Shown: in pieces, positions 1 through 8,698 of the stretch
How positions within the stretch are numbered: position 1 is the first letter of the stretch
How the letters are laid out: each line of letters opens with the position of its first letter
From: Candidatus Anstonellales archaeon
GTDB taxonomy: Archaea; Micrarchaeota; Micrarchaeia; Anstonellales; J096
Assembly (NCBI GenBank): GCA_038896535.1
Contig: JAWACY010000004.1
Coordinates: forward strand, 1 to 26,101
Length of the DNA stretch: 26,101 nucleotides
Direction of reading: 5' to 3'
Translations under genes and position numbers: made by a program
Notes under the pieces: model-generated
The model's input: the letters and a program-made list of their open reading frames with translations, nothing else
The model's database searches: none
What the model was told of the DNA's origin: nothing

Positions 1-97
1 CTAACCCTATTATGCGCGCCTTCTTACAATCATCCAACCACTTTTATTACCTGTGGTAAGAAGGCACTAACCCTATTATGCGCGCCTTCTTACAATC
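1..97. repeat. 66-bp-period direct repeat with internal hairpin, possible CRISPR array end (truncated by window)
   Basis: ctaaccctattatgcgcgccttcttacaatc is identical at 1-31 and 67-97. gtaagaaggc (56-65) and gccttcttac (84-93) form a perfect 10-bp inverted repeat. An AT-rich leader-like stretch follows at ~110-200. No cas gene in the window. Confidence 0.55.
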
Positions 98-197
98 TTC
101 CAGCCTATGTTATTGCATTTTATATTTTTATTTTTTATTTTATTGTGGTGTTGATGGCTATTAATATTAATAGCACTAATAGAACAAAAAAGAAAAC

Positions 198-205
198 TTT
201 ATAAA
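198..205 (+). promoter_or_regulatory. Archaeal TATA box for ankyrin gene
   Basis: tttataaa preceded by A-rich BRE-like agaaaac; G-run (SD-like) at 227-232 before ATG 236. Confidence 0.45.
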
Positions 206-235
206 GCATTTGTCATAAAATTTTATGGGGGGAAA

Positions 236-889
236 ATGAGGAAAATCTTAAATAGGTTTAGTTCGAGGGAAAGAAAGGAGAATAAAGTTAAATATTACTT
301 ATTTATAAGTGCTTTTTTAGGGAATGAGGAAGAATTAAGGAATGCATTAGATTTAGGTTTAAAATATGGCCTTAATCCAGCTAGCATAAAAGACAGGCAT
401 GGAAGAACTGCTTTACATTATGCAAGGGGTAGCAAGACAGTTGGATTAATGAAAGAGCACAGAGCTGACTTAAATGCAAAAGACATTTTAGGAATGACTC
501 CTTTACATCTGGCATATATAATGAAAGATGAAGAAAAAATAGAAGCATTAAAAAGAGCCGGGGCAAGAACAGACTTAATAGATATATTTTATAATACTGC
601 ATCAAGTTATGAAGTTTTTGATATAGCAAGAACTTTAAATCAATCATTGGAGAGATTAAAAGAAAAAGAAGTAATAAGTCGGGTAACAATGCAAGCAATA
701 AATGTTACAGTATTGCATAGCATTCTTAATACGTATTTAAAAGCACACCCAGAGGTATTAAAAGTAGGAGAAATATTCTTAAAATCATATAAAACAGATA
801 ATGGCATTAGTGAAAAGGGATTAATAACCTTACTTAGATTTGCATCTGACATATCAGAAATAGCCAGAAAAGCTGTTGGGCAGATTTAA
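236..889 (+). CDS. Ankyrin-repeat protein
   Basis: Ankyrin motifs DRHGRTALHYA and ADLNAKDILGMTPLHLA...LKRAGA; unknown helical C-terminal half. Confidence 0.85.
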   Translation: MRKILNRFSSRERKENKVKYYLFISAFLGNEEELRNALDLGLKYGLNPASIKDRHGRTALHYARGSKTVGLMKEHRADLNAKDILGMTPLHLAYIMKDEEKIEALKRAGARTDLIDIFYNTASSYEVFDIARTLNQSLERLKEKEVISRVTMQAINVTVLHSILNTYLKAHPEVLKVGEIFLKSYKTDNGISEKGLITLLRFASDISEIARKAVGQI

Positions 890-1518
890 TAGCCATAGCT
901 ATAATAAATTGCGCCTAAAATAAGGTATATAAGGTATAATACGCCAAATAAAAATACAAATAAAAATATAATTAACAATAGGAAAATTACAATAATAATG
1001 ACGATTGGGGTAATAAGGGTTATGACTGCTTTAAATGTTGAATAGCTGTGTGTTTCTCTTAAAGCAATTATTGTCAAATATATCGCATATAAACTAATAA
1101 AAATAATTATTACATAGGCAATGAAAAGAAACCCAAGTACTGGGCCAAAAACTATAAAGAAAATTAAAAGAATGATAAATGATATAAATGTTAAAGGCAC
1201 TGAAGCAACAAGAATCATATGCAACTGCTTGCCAAAACTTCCTTTTCCTCCTAAAATTTTTGCAGTAATGAACATCACTATATGTGTGAAAAAAACTACT
1301 ATTGTTTGGATCATAACATTTGCTATAATACTTATTATCTCTATTCTATTAGTGAGTATTAATCCCCACAGAACAGATGTTAAGATTGTTATAATAATAC
1401 AAATTATTAAATAAAAAATGCCGTCTTTCAAATTGGCTCTTTTAGCCAGCTATTTATATGTTTCCTTTGGTTTAAATAAGACAGCCTTCCATTCATCAAT
1501 CATTTGGTTTATGTTCAT
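886..1518 (-). pseudogene. Yip1-domain membrane protein interrupted by an in-frame TAG (1450-1452)
   Basis: ATG at 1518 (with a GTGA SD-like motif upstream) reads MNINQMIDEWKAVLFKPKETYK*LAKRANLKDGIFY..., in frame with ORF 886..1431. Yip1-like motifs: W.AVLFKP.ET, HIVMFITAKILGGKGSF, LRETHSYSTFKA. About 5 TM helices. Confidence 0.7.
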
Positions 1519-1560
1519 TTTTTCACATTTAAAGCTTGTTATAATTATTTTTAAATCTTT

Positions 1561-2541
1561 TCATATAAGCTTGATAAGCCCCCTGCCTATTTCACTCAAT
1601 CTCGCACCCAAAAATGTTGAACCAATATTAACAAATGTTAGAGTAAAGGCTAAAGCAAAAAATGGTATTATGCAGAGATTTTTTACTAATTCAGCAGATG
1701 CTGTTGTTATGTTTGTAATAAACTTGCCTATGTTTGCAATAACATATATAAGAGAAGAAGCAATCATATGAAAAGTATTTGAATTAGCTGAATTTACATA
1801 TTGGTAATTGCTAGAAAGCACAGGCTTGCATGCAAAAAAGCCATTATAAAATATCGTAAGCCCGACCATATAAGCAAAGGGCATGATAAAATAAATGCCC
1901 AATCCCATCGCTACTAAATAAGCACCAGCCCCTCTTGTTGGTGGAAAAGCCCTTAATGGAAATCCTATAGCTATCAATGAAGGCCCGACAAAGCTTCCAA
2001 AAAGTAAAAATTTAATCCATATAAAAAGTATTACAGTTACTTGCAAAATAAAATTAAAAAGGTTCTCTGATATAGTAATGAACATATCAGCATCTGGCCC
2101 TACTGTTGTATCTATGACAACGCTTTTTATTTGATATCCATAAGATGTAAAGGAAAATAAGAAATATGCCAATGGCACAAAATCAGTTATGCACTTTGAA
2201 AGGCGTAATGATATAGCAGCAGCTATTTCTCCAGGCCTTGCATTTGTTAAAGTTGGAATAATGTTTGGATTTATTAAATTCAAGTTCTGAGCTGAGCTAA
2301 TAATGAATTTATTTAATTCTGGTTCTAAAAAGAGCAGTACAGATATTATTAAAATTGCTGCAACAACATTTGCTAAACTTTCTATGAGTTCTTTCTTTGC
2401 ATTATGTTCTATTTCTTTTGAATTCAATATCTTGCTGAGCATATAAACAATTGATGCCCCTGCAAAAGCAGTAATTGATAATATAACAGTTATTACTTGC
2501 CAATCTTGCCAGCTTGCTATTGATTGTATCCCACTAGGCAT
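1561..2541 (-). CDS. Polytopic membrane protein, paralogue 6 of 6 (CedA/VirB6-like candidate)
   Basis: Motif IGFPLRAFPPTRGAGAYLVAMGLGIYFIMP; N-terminal YMLSKILNSKEIEHNAKKE; C-terminal FLGARLSEIGRGLIKLI; GGTGG SD upstream. Confidence 0.8.
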   Translation of the reverse strand: MPSGIQSIASWQDWQVITVILSITAFAGASIVYMLSKILNSKEIEHNAKKELIESLANVVAAILIISVLLFLEPELNKFIISSAQNLNLINPNIIPTLTNARPGEIAAAISLRLSKCITDFVPLAYFLFSFTSYGYQIKSVVIDTTVGPDADMFITISENLFNFILQVTVILFIWIKFLLFGSFVGPSLIAIGFPLRAFPPTRGAGAYLVAMGLGIYFIMPFAYMVGLTIFYNGFFACKPVLSSNYQYVNSANSNTFHMIASSLIYVIANIGKFITNITTASAELVKNLCIIPFFALAFTLTFVNIGSTFLGARLSEIGRGLIKLI

Positions 2542-2551
2542 TTTTCCACCT

Positions 2552-3790
2552 TCATATTAACCTCGTCAAATTACTTAAATCTATTGGTTCTCCAAAAATA
2601 CCAGTGAATATTTTAATTGCATTCATAAATATAGGCACAATAAATAACATGCTTGTTGCAAGTATTGATGCTGTCATTAAACCGGGTATTATAACATATG
2701 TAATTATTGTAATTATAAGTGAAATGCTAAATATTATATTAAAAGCATTTTGCAATTTCTGAGAAGAAGCACCAAAAATGCCAAATCTAGATAAAATATT
2801 CAATGCTCCTGATGTAAATGTAATTAAAGGCATATAACCAGATATTGATTGAGATGGTTGAGGAGGGTTGTATAAATTTTGGCTGTATAAATTTTGACTC
2901 CCAGTAGGAGGTGGCGGTTGCTGGAAAAATAATTGATTATTGGTAAATATTTGATAAATGCCTGCATTCCAATTTATGTCAAAATTTCCCAATGGTGGGT
3001 TTGCATTTGGGTCATATACTAAAAGGCCGACATCCTTAAACAGTGCAAAAAATGCAGCGCACAGAATTGGCATTAGCAATAAAGAACCAAATGTTAGGCC
3101 AACCAAAGTGCCACCAAATCTTTTTGATTGTGGGAAAGCTCTTAACATGAAAGCAATAGGTAATAAATAAACAAAAAATCCATAAGTTATAAATTCATAA
3201 ACAAAGAGCATAACTCTTGCCATGACAAGCCCTATTATATAAATTGTTAACATATTGCTAAAAGTTGCCTTTGCAAACATCCAAAGGCCGCCAAAAGAAG
3301 CTTGGTCATTTGTTCCTATATTAACAGATGAAGTTAATAATGGAGCCATAACACCAGCTGAAATCTGGGTTATGTATGTTGCCATGCCAATGTTCCCTAC
3401 TGAATGCAACCAGAGCATTTTGCCTGCATCAAAATTTGATATACCTATATTAAAAAGATCAAGGCAGTTTATTCTTAAAAATGGTATTATCAATATTATT
3501 AATACTATTTCAGGAATTTCATTTTTTATATAATTTATGTAATCATTTCTTTTTGTTATTATTCCTATTAGATAAAACAATGCAGCAATCATTATTCCTA
3601 TCCCAAGATATAATGATAAAGGGTCTATTATGGAAAATATATTTGTTGCATTACATATTTTATCTGTTATCAAAGCTGGTGTCACTGGGGCGCCAAGCCA
3701 ATGATAAATAGATGAAACAACATGAGCAATGGATTGTATGCTAACAAAAGCAAGCCCTATTGCTGTAATTAATTGTAGCATATCTGCCAT
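2552..3790 (-). CDS. Polytopic membrane protein, paralogue 5 of 6
   Basis: Motif LPIAFMLRAFPQSKRFGGTLVGLTFGSLLLMP; C-terminal IFGEPIDLSNLTRLI; Pro/Gln-rich loop. Confidence 0.8.
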   Translation of the reverse strand: MADMLQLITAIGLAFVSIQSIAHVVSSIYHWLGAPVTPALITDKICNATNIFSIIDPLSLYLGIGIMIAALFYLIGIITKRNDYINYIKNEIPEIVLIILIIPFLRINCLDLFNIGISNFDAGKMLWLHSVGNIGMATYITQISAGVMAPLLTSSVNIGTNDQASFGGLWMFAKATFSNMLTIYIIGLVMARVMLFVYEFITYGFFVYLLPIAFMLRAFPQSKRFGGTLVGLTFGSLLLMPILCAAFFALFKDVGLLVYDPNANPPLGNFDINWNAGIYQIFTNNQLFFQQPPPPTGSQNLYSQNLYNPPQPSQSISGYMPLITFTSGALNILSRFGIFGASSQKLQNAFNIIFSISLIITIITYVIIPGLMTASILATSMLFIVPIFMNAIKIFTGIFGEPIDLSNLTRLI

Positions 3791-3791
3791 T

Positions 3792-5015
3792 CTATATCAA
3801 CCTCAATAGACTGCTAATATCTAATGGTGTGCCCAATATTTTTGATAATTCCCTTGTAAATCCAACAATTATTAAAACATTTATAACGTTGAAGAATATC
3901 GAAAATATTAATACATATATAGAGAAAAGCTGCAAAAGTTTAACAAAAAATAAAATGGCAAGGAAAGCAACGGATATAAAAATGAAAATTTTTGTGAATG
4001 GCAAAAATCCTGCAAATGATGAAAATATGCCTTGGAAAACATTGCCAGCAAGACCTGCAACAAAGAATGCAACAAAGAATGAGTAGAGAATAGAAATAAA
4101 TGATATTATTGATTGCTCTGGCCAGTTAAAACCGCTGAAATCACCGACTAATATTTTATAAATTACGCTATTCACATGAAGCATGAATGGCAAAATAAAA
4201 AATAACCCAACAGATAGTGCAATAAGCGTATCGCCAGCATTTTTTGTAAATGGGAAATTTCTTAAAAAAATGCCTATTATAAGCAAGTATGTTAATCCAT
4301 ATGCTTCTACAAAACACAATAACATAAATATTCCAGACCATGCAAAAACAGCTGAGTTAATGAATGTTATTAATATTGACATTGAATCTGATAATGGCCT
4401 TAAAACTTGGCCTACAGCTATTTCCATATGAAATGGATTTAATCTCTGCGCTTCAGTAGTATGTAAAATAGGAAATTGTATATAAGATAATAAGTTTATT
4501 GATTCAGTTAATAATGCCATTGTAGTCATTACAAATAGCCCCTCTCTAATCATAAAAACGCTGTAATTATGCGCTGATTCGCTGTAAATATATCTTACTC
4601 CTGTGCTGGTATTCAATGATAATGAGGAATAAAATGCAAAAACAGTTATGAAAAGCAATATTGTTAATATTATATTATCAATCTGTATTGCTTCTGCAAT
4701 GCCAGAAAATGTTTTTTGCTGTGCTGAAAATGTTGATGAAAAAAGATATCTTATTAAGCCTATCAATAATGTTATTATCATTGATATCCAAGCAGCATTT
4801 ATAATATCATTTGTATTAGCATGATAACTTTGCGGGCAGTAAAAATCTCTTATTATCAGACTTGTCAATGCCTGCCTTGTGTTTAATAAAAAATTTGATA
4901 TAAAATTACTGATTTGTCCATAAATTGTTGTTTGAGGCGTTTGAGAAAAATAAATGTTGATAAATAATATGATGCTAAAGAAAACTAGTAATGCCAGCAA
5001 TCTCAATTTCACCAC
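3792..5015 (-). CDS. Polytopic membrane protein, paralogue 4 of 6 (start may be TTG at 5006 or 5000)
   Basis: Motif IGIFLRNFPFTKNAGDTLIALSVGLFFILP; C-terminal ILGTPLDISSLLRLI; overlaps the upstream gene end. Confidence 0.8.
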   Translation of the reverse strand: MVKLRLLALLVFFSIILFINIYFSQTPQTTIYGQISNFISNFLLNTRQALTSLIIRDFYCPQSYHANTNDIINAAWISMIITLLIGLIRYLFSSTFSAQQKTFSGIAEAIQIDNIILTILLFITVFAFYSSLSLNTSTGVRYIYSESAHNYSVFMIREGLFVMTTMALLTESINLLSYIQFPILHTTEAQRLNPFHMEIAVGQVLRPLSDSMSILITFINSAVFAWSGIFMLLCFVEAYGLTYLLIIGIFLRNFPFTKNAGDTLIALSVGLFFILPFMLHVNSVIYKILVGDFSGFNWPEQSIISFISILYSFFVAFFVAGLAGNVFQGIFSSFAGFLPFTKIFIFISVAFLAILFFVKLLQLFSIYVLIFSIFFNVINVLIIVGFTRELSKILGTPLDISSLLRLI

Positions 5016-6390
5016 CCAAAAATTCAGACAGTGCTTTTATAGCGCCTATTGTTGATATTAATGTTATATATGCAAACATAGCAGAAAAAACAACGAAATT
5101 ACTTAAAATTTCTGCAAGAGAAAAAATTGTATAGTTCACTATAGCAAAACCAGAAATTATGAATGTTGCTGATATTGCTGCGCCAGCACTATACCCAACA
5201 ATGCTCCCAAAAAAATCGCCAAGAATAGAGCCAAGAGGACCAGCAATAACACCACCAGCAGTTGAAGCTATAAACTTAGCAGTTACTTGTCCAGCATAAA
5301 CGCCAAACACTGGAGATATTGATGATAAAAATGGAATAAGCTTAATGAATGCTTCAATGTTATCTAAAATTTTTTCCTGTATAGATGGGCTCAGGCCGGT
5401 ATTGATTTGCCCTTGAGTTGCTTGGGTAGGCATATTATTATATACATTTGTAATTGGGCCTGTATTGATATTAACAGAATATGTGCCTGGGTTTATTGTT
5501 TGAACACTACTGCTGCCTGGATTTATTATTTGTGTTGGCACTATGCCAGTGCTTGGAACAACATTCCCTGTATTGGGGTCAACTAAATCAAATTGCAATA
5601 TTGCTCCGAGCCCAAATAATGGATTGTGCACTCTATTCAATCTAAATCCAGAAAATTTGCTTTGTGGGATGTTTTCATAAAATATATCGACTATTGATAT
5701 GACCAATGGCATGAATATAAATGTGCATAAAGCTATAGAGATCAAAAGCCCGCCAGTTTTTTTTGTTAAAGGCATTGCTCTTAATATTATGCCAACGCTA
5801 AATAGTAATGGGAATAATTTAACAAAAAAATCAAAAAAGTAAAGTTGCATTAATGAAACTATTATTATAGTTTGCATATAACCCATATAAGTCTCAATAG
5901 CATAATTATAAGCACTTGCAGTTTTTCCAACGCTTTTTGTTAATTCTTGGTTTGCAGATTTTGATATGATTTGCATGGATTCAGCAAGCTTTGTTATTCT
6001 ATAACTAGCAAATACAGACTCAAAAAAAGAAAGGCCCTCTGAAACAAGAGTGTTAAGATAACCCCTTGCAATTAATATATGGCAATATTTATCTATATCA
6101 ACAATGCCTACTGCTGTGAGGCAATAAGCATTATAACCAGCATTGTTCAAATCTTTTGCTATAGATGAAGCTATTATGAGCAGTTGGTCAGACAAGAAAA
6201 TAAGCACAACAAAAAATATGACAATGTCCCAAAGCATTGAAACAGCTTTTTCTTTCATTTTTTCATTTCTTAATATATAGGCAGAGAAGTAAAGGCCTGC
6301 TATGATAGAGATGGCAATGCCTAAAACAGGCCCAAGCACATCAATGATGTTTACCATTGCACTTGCTATTGATGGGAGATGCTGTGTCAT
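4975..6390 (-). CDS. Polytopic membrane protein, paralogue 3 of 6
   Basis: Motif VGIILRAMPLTKKTGGLLISIALCTFIFMP; C-terminal FLGGEIEIAGITSFL; IN[PT]G repeats and a glycine-zipper segment. Confidence 0.8.
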   Translation of the reverse strand: MTQHLPSIASAMVNIIDVLGPVLGIAISIIAGLYFSAYILRNEKMKEKAVSMLWDIVIFFVVLIFLSDQLLIIASSIAKDLNNAGYNAYCLTAVGIVDIDKYCHILIARGYLNTLVSEGLSFFESVFASYRITKLAESMQIISKSANQELTKSVGKTASAYNYAIETYMGYMQTIIIVSLMQLYFFDFFVKLFPLLFSVGIILRAMPLTKKTGGLLISIALCTFIFMPLVISIVDIFYENIPQSKFSGFRLNRVHNPLFGLGAILQFDLVDPNTGNVVPSTGIVPTQIINPGSSSVQTINPGTYSVNINTGPITNVYNNMPTQATQGQINTGLSPSIQEKILDNIEAFIKLIPFLSSISPVFGVYAGQVTAKFIASTAGGVIAGPLGSILGDFFGSIVGYSAGAAISATFIISGFAIVNYTIFSLAEILSNFVVFSAMFAYITLISTIGAIKALSEFLGGEIEIAGITSFL

Positions 6391-6394
6391 TATA

Positions 6395-7360
6395 TCACGT
6401 TATGACATTTAAAACTTCTGACATAGCTTTTGTAAATGTTATGCTTGTTATGAGCACAAATGTTGGCAAAAGTAAAGAAATGAAACTTGCATATGCAAAA
6501 ACTGCTGTTATGTGAACAAGGCTTTCAACAAGTAAAAATATTATTGAAGCATATTGCGTAATAATCAAAATCTTAAGTGCAAGGCTACTTATTGCATTGA
6601 TAAGGTTTGAAGATAACTGTTGATTAATATTTATCAAACCAGTCTTTTGGCCTATATCCAGAACAGCAGCATTAAGCAAAATATATAAAAATGGCATGAA
6701 TATAACTATTGAAAAGCCCAATGCAACTATCTCTCTACCAATTGCTCTTGTTGGAGAGAAAAGCATTAATATAAGGGCAAATGGGATTATATAATCATAA
6801 ATAACGAGGATAGCATCATAAATGATTAACTGCATTCCCATTGAAGTAATGAGTATTGGGAATAAATCTCTTATTATTATCATTGGTTGCAATAGGATAT
6901 CAAAACCAGCAGTTATTCTTTGTTTTACATCAACGCCCGGAGTTCCTACTGCCCTTACAGAATAGCCAGAAAAGAATTCAATAGCATGGACTGTATTAAA
7001 TATTTCTCCAAATGCAGGCAAAAAAATATTATTCATGTAATTGTATATCATATTTTGTGCAAGATTTATCATATTAGCTTGTGGGCAACCAGATGTAATA
7101 AATGTAAATTGCGGCAAATAATTAACGATATAAAAAGTTAAAATGCTCGGGAGTATGTTCATAAAACCTATGAAGAAAATCATGATAACGAGAACAAGTG
7201 CTATGCTCTGTGCTTCCACATGTGCCCATGCTTCGATTTCAGTTTTATTTAATATTTTCCCGGCCAGCTTTGCTATGACAACAATCAATAATGCTACAAG
7301 AAAAGCTATCCAAGTTGCAGCAGGGAAAATTATTGGCTGACATTGTACTATGGCTGACAT
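6395..7360 (-). CDS. Polytopic membrane protein, paralogue 2 of 6
   Basis: Motif IPFALILMLFSPTRAIGREIVALGFSIVIFMP; N-terminal LAGKILNKTEIEAWAHVE; TAATG stop/start overlap with the upstream gene at 7360. Confidence 0.8.
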   Translation of the reverse strand: MSAIVQCQPIIFPAATWIAFLVALLIVVIAKLAGKILNKTEIEAWAHVEAQSIALVLVIMIFFIGFMNILPSILTFYIVNYLPQFTFITSGCPQANMINLAQNMIYNYMNNIFLPAFGEIFNTVHAIEFFSGYSVRAVGTPGVDVKQRITAGFDILLQPMIIIRDLFPILITSMGMQLIIYDAILVIYDYIIPFALILMLFSPTRAIGREIVALGFSIVIFMPFLYILLNAAVLDIGQKTGLININQQLSSNLINAISSLALKILIITQYASIIFLLVESLVHITAVFAYASFISLLLPTFVLITSITFTKAMSEVLNVIT

Positions 7361-8646
7361 TAAAACAACCTTGACAAAGCGAATAGAAGCGGTTCTCCGC
7401 CAAGTGCTTGTGATATTTCTTTATACATTGTTACAGATATAGTTATTTCAAGCACAAGAGATATCAACAGCACTACTCCTATGTTTGATAAAATAACAAG
7501 CATACTAACGACAAAAGCAAAAAACATTGAGCCAATAATCTTTGATCCTAATAATATTGAAACAAGAGTAAATACCTGCCCAATAATGTCTAAAAATGCC
7601 AATTTATTAGATGCTATGCCAAGTTTGTTTGCAATTCTCTTAATAAATTCTTTATCGCTAAGCCCGCCTGCTTGGCTTAGCAGTAAGGAAGTTCCAAAAA
7701 ATAGCCCTTCATTTTTATCAATGCTGTCAAATACTGAGCTAGCAAAAAACCAGCCAAAGCCCTTTTTTGGCGTTATATCGCCTATATATATTTGCTCTTC
7801 TGCTTGCAATATGTTATAATTATTAAAAGATTCTCTGAATGCTATTAATTCTTCTTGATAAATTGGCTGTGCAGAGGGGTAGAGAGAAACAATCTTTTCT
7901 GCATCAAGATGTTTAACATTCAAATCTGGATTATATAATGTTATAATAACGTCTGTAAATATCACTGACATCGGGAAAACAAAATATAAAACGAGTGCAA
8001 TAGCAATAATACCAGAACCAAAATCTCTTGTGAAGTTCAATGTTCTGAAAAATATGCCTATTGGCAATAAAAATGCTACAAAATAAGATGCAACAGATAT
8101 AAGCTGGGCTCTTGCAATGACAGCAACAAGTATATAAACAAGATATTCTATTATTTTTGCCATGTAATTTATTAATAAATGCAGAGAATATGCTGGGGCT
8201 ATTATAAACCTTGACCCAGTTACAAGATTTGCTGTTGCGATATTTAAATGTATAGAGAAAAGAGATGACATTACTGCTTCAATCAGGTATGCGAAAACAT
8301 ATTTAGTCTCTATTCTATCCCAATATTTTTTTAAAGCCAGATCAGCAAGCCTTAGATGAAAATCATCTCCAGTGCAGGAAAAAGAGCCAATAGTTTGGAG
8401 ATAATAAGAAATAAAATAATTGAATATGACAAGCAAGGCAATAAGGCCAATGCTCTCTATAACTCCTGATATAGAAGCAAATGCCTTTTTTTCAAGTGAT
8501 GGGCTATTGAGAATTTTTGATAAATAATAATATATTACAGCGATTGCAAGCCCTATGCCAAATGCACTGCCCCATATTGGAATGCTGTTTTGGAATATAT
8601 CCGATAATCCTAAGCCCATTTGGGGGCATGTTGAGATTGGGGCCAT
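7360..8646 (-). CDS. Polytopic membrane protein, paralogue 1 of 6
   Basis: Motif LPIGIFFRTLNFTRDFGSGIIAIALVLYFVFP; N-terminal YYLSKILNSPSLEKKA; C-terminal ALGGEPLLFALSRLF. Confidence 0.8.
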   Translation of the reverse strand: MAPISTCPQMGLGLSDIFQNSIPIWGSAFGIGLAIAVIYYYLSKILNSPSLEKKAFASISGVIESIGLIALLVIFNYFISYYLQTIGSFSCTGDDFHLRLADLALKKYWDRIETKYVFAYLIEAVMSSLFSIHLNIATANLVTGSRFIIAPAYSLHLLINYMAKIIEYLVYILVAVIARAQLISVASYFVAFLLPIGIFFRTLNFTRDFGSGIIAIALVLYFVFPMSVIFTDVIITLYNPDLNVKHLDAEKIVSLYPSAQPIYQEELIAFRESFNNYNILQAEEQIYIGDITPKKGFGWFFASSVFDSIDKNEGLFFGTSLLLSQAGGLSDKEFIKRIANKLGIASNKLAFLDIIGQVFTLVSILLGSKIIGSMFFAFVVSMLVILSNIGVVLLISLVLEITISVTMYKEISQALGGEPLLFALSRLF

Positions 8647-8666
8647 TAAGAATTTAAGTTGTTATA

Positions 8667-8676
8667 TTTTTTAAAT
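8667..8676. promoter_or_regulatory. Shared bidirectional TATA element for two divergent, probably leaderless genes
   Basis: ttttttaaat sits centrally in a 52-bp gap, ~21-23 nt from ATG 8646 (-) and GTG 8699 (+). Confidence 0.45.
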
Positions 8677-8698
8677 GTTTCATAACTATGTATGAATT

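Noticed and set aside
40..105. Minus-strand peptide DCKKARIIGLVPSY, reminiscent of the bacterial S18 C-terminus
   Set aside because: Bounded by stops, no start codon, and repeated as part of the DNA repeat; likely coincidental.
1450..1452. Genome-wide TAG reassignment (pyrrolysine or alternative code)
   Set aside because: TAG terminates genes at their homologous C-termini (3792-3794, 4975-4977, 24831-24833); only one internal TAG was found.
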